Assembly: GCA_951406725.2 (NCBI GenBank)
Contig: OX597818.1
Coordinates: 51,212,001 to 51,276,000 of the forward strand
Origin: Octopus vulgaris
Taxonomy: Eukaryota
Length of the DNA: 64,000 nt
Reading direction: 5' to 3'
Part shown: positions 63,274 through 64,000 of the stretch, piece by piece
How the letters are laid out: the number at the start of each line of letters is the position of its first letter
Numbering within the stretch: position 1 is the first letter of the stretch
Translations under genes and position numbers: made by a program
Notes under the pieces: model-generated
Databases searched by the model: none
What the model was told of the DNA's origin: nothing
Seen by the model: only the letters and a program-made list of their open reading frames with translations

Positions 63274-64000
63274 GTGATTTTTTTTTTAAATATTTTCTTT
63301 TAATTGTTTCCGACATTGAACTGTAGCCATGCTGGAGCACTGCTCTGTAAGGTTTTGTTAATCAGATCTACCTCAGTATTTTTTATGTTCATCTGGTACT
63401 CATTCTATCAGTTTCTTTTCATCAGACCGCTAACAAAGCAACACCGGTTATCAGGCAGTGAGAAACCAACACCAACACATTAACGCACATGTGTGCGCAC
63501 ACACACATACACCGCATTAAAGGTGACGCAAGCATTTTCATACACACAACAGAACTTCTGCCTACCAAATCCACTCACAGGGATTTGGTCAGACCAAGGC
63601 TATTGCAGAAGACATTAGCCTAAGGGGCCATGCAGTGGAACTGAACCTGAGGCCTTGTGGTTGAGAAACAAGCTTCCTAACCACACAGCCATGCCTGTCC
63701 CCACAGCTATGCCTATACACCTATATCATCATCATCATCGTTTAACGTCCGCTTTCCATGCTAGCATGGGTTGGACGATTTGACTGAGGACTGACGAACC
63801 AGATGGCTGCACCAGGCTCCAATCTTGATTTGGCAGAGTTTCTACAGCTGGATGCCCTTCCTAACGCCAACCACTCCAAGAGTGAAGTGAGTGCCTTTAC
63901 ATGCCACCGGCATGAGGGCCAGTCAGGCAGTACTGGCAATGGCCACGCTCAAATGGTGCTTTTTTATGTTCCACCTGCACAGGAGCCAGTCCAGCGGCAC

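Overview
AT-rich, repeat-dense animal genomic DNA. The SINE content suggests an octopus or other coleoid cephalopod; this is an inference. From left to right the window holds: (1) the last four coding exons of an aspartylglucosaminidase gene (AGA, + strand, 2160-10563); (2) a ~9.3 kb tandem array of tRNA-Asp(GUC) genes (- strand, 158-bp unit, 32 full or near-full copies) interrupted twice by ~2 kb non-LTR retrotransposon sequence, one CR1-group and one L1/Tx1-like, both at the same spacer position; (3) a nested fold-back region at 25.2-27.4 kb; (4) most of an ALMS1-like gene (+ strand, from ~30745 past the window end, including a 4973-bp exon). Introns and intergenic DNA are full of tRNA-derived SINEs, MITEs, mariner and Helitron remnants. 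The most unusual observations are TSD-flanked palindromic elements combining a tRNA-like Pol III head with a minimal hammerhead-ribozyme motif, the two insertions at the same site in the tRNA array, and a covarying 3' stem-loop shared between the CR1-group LINE and the dominant SINE. All coordinates were read by eye and no database searches were run.
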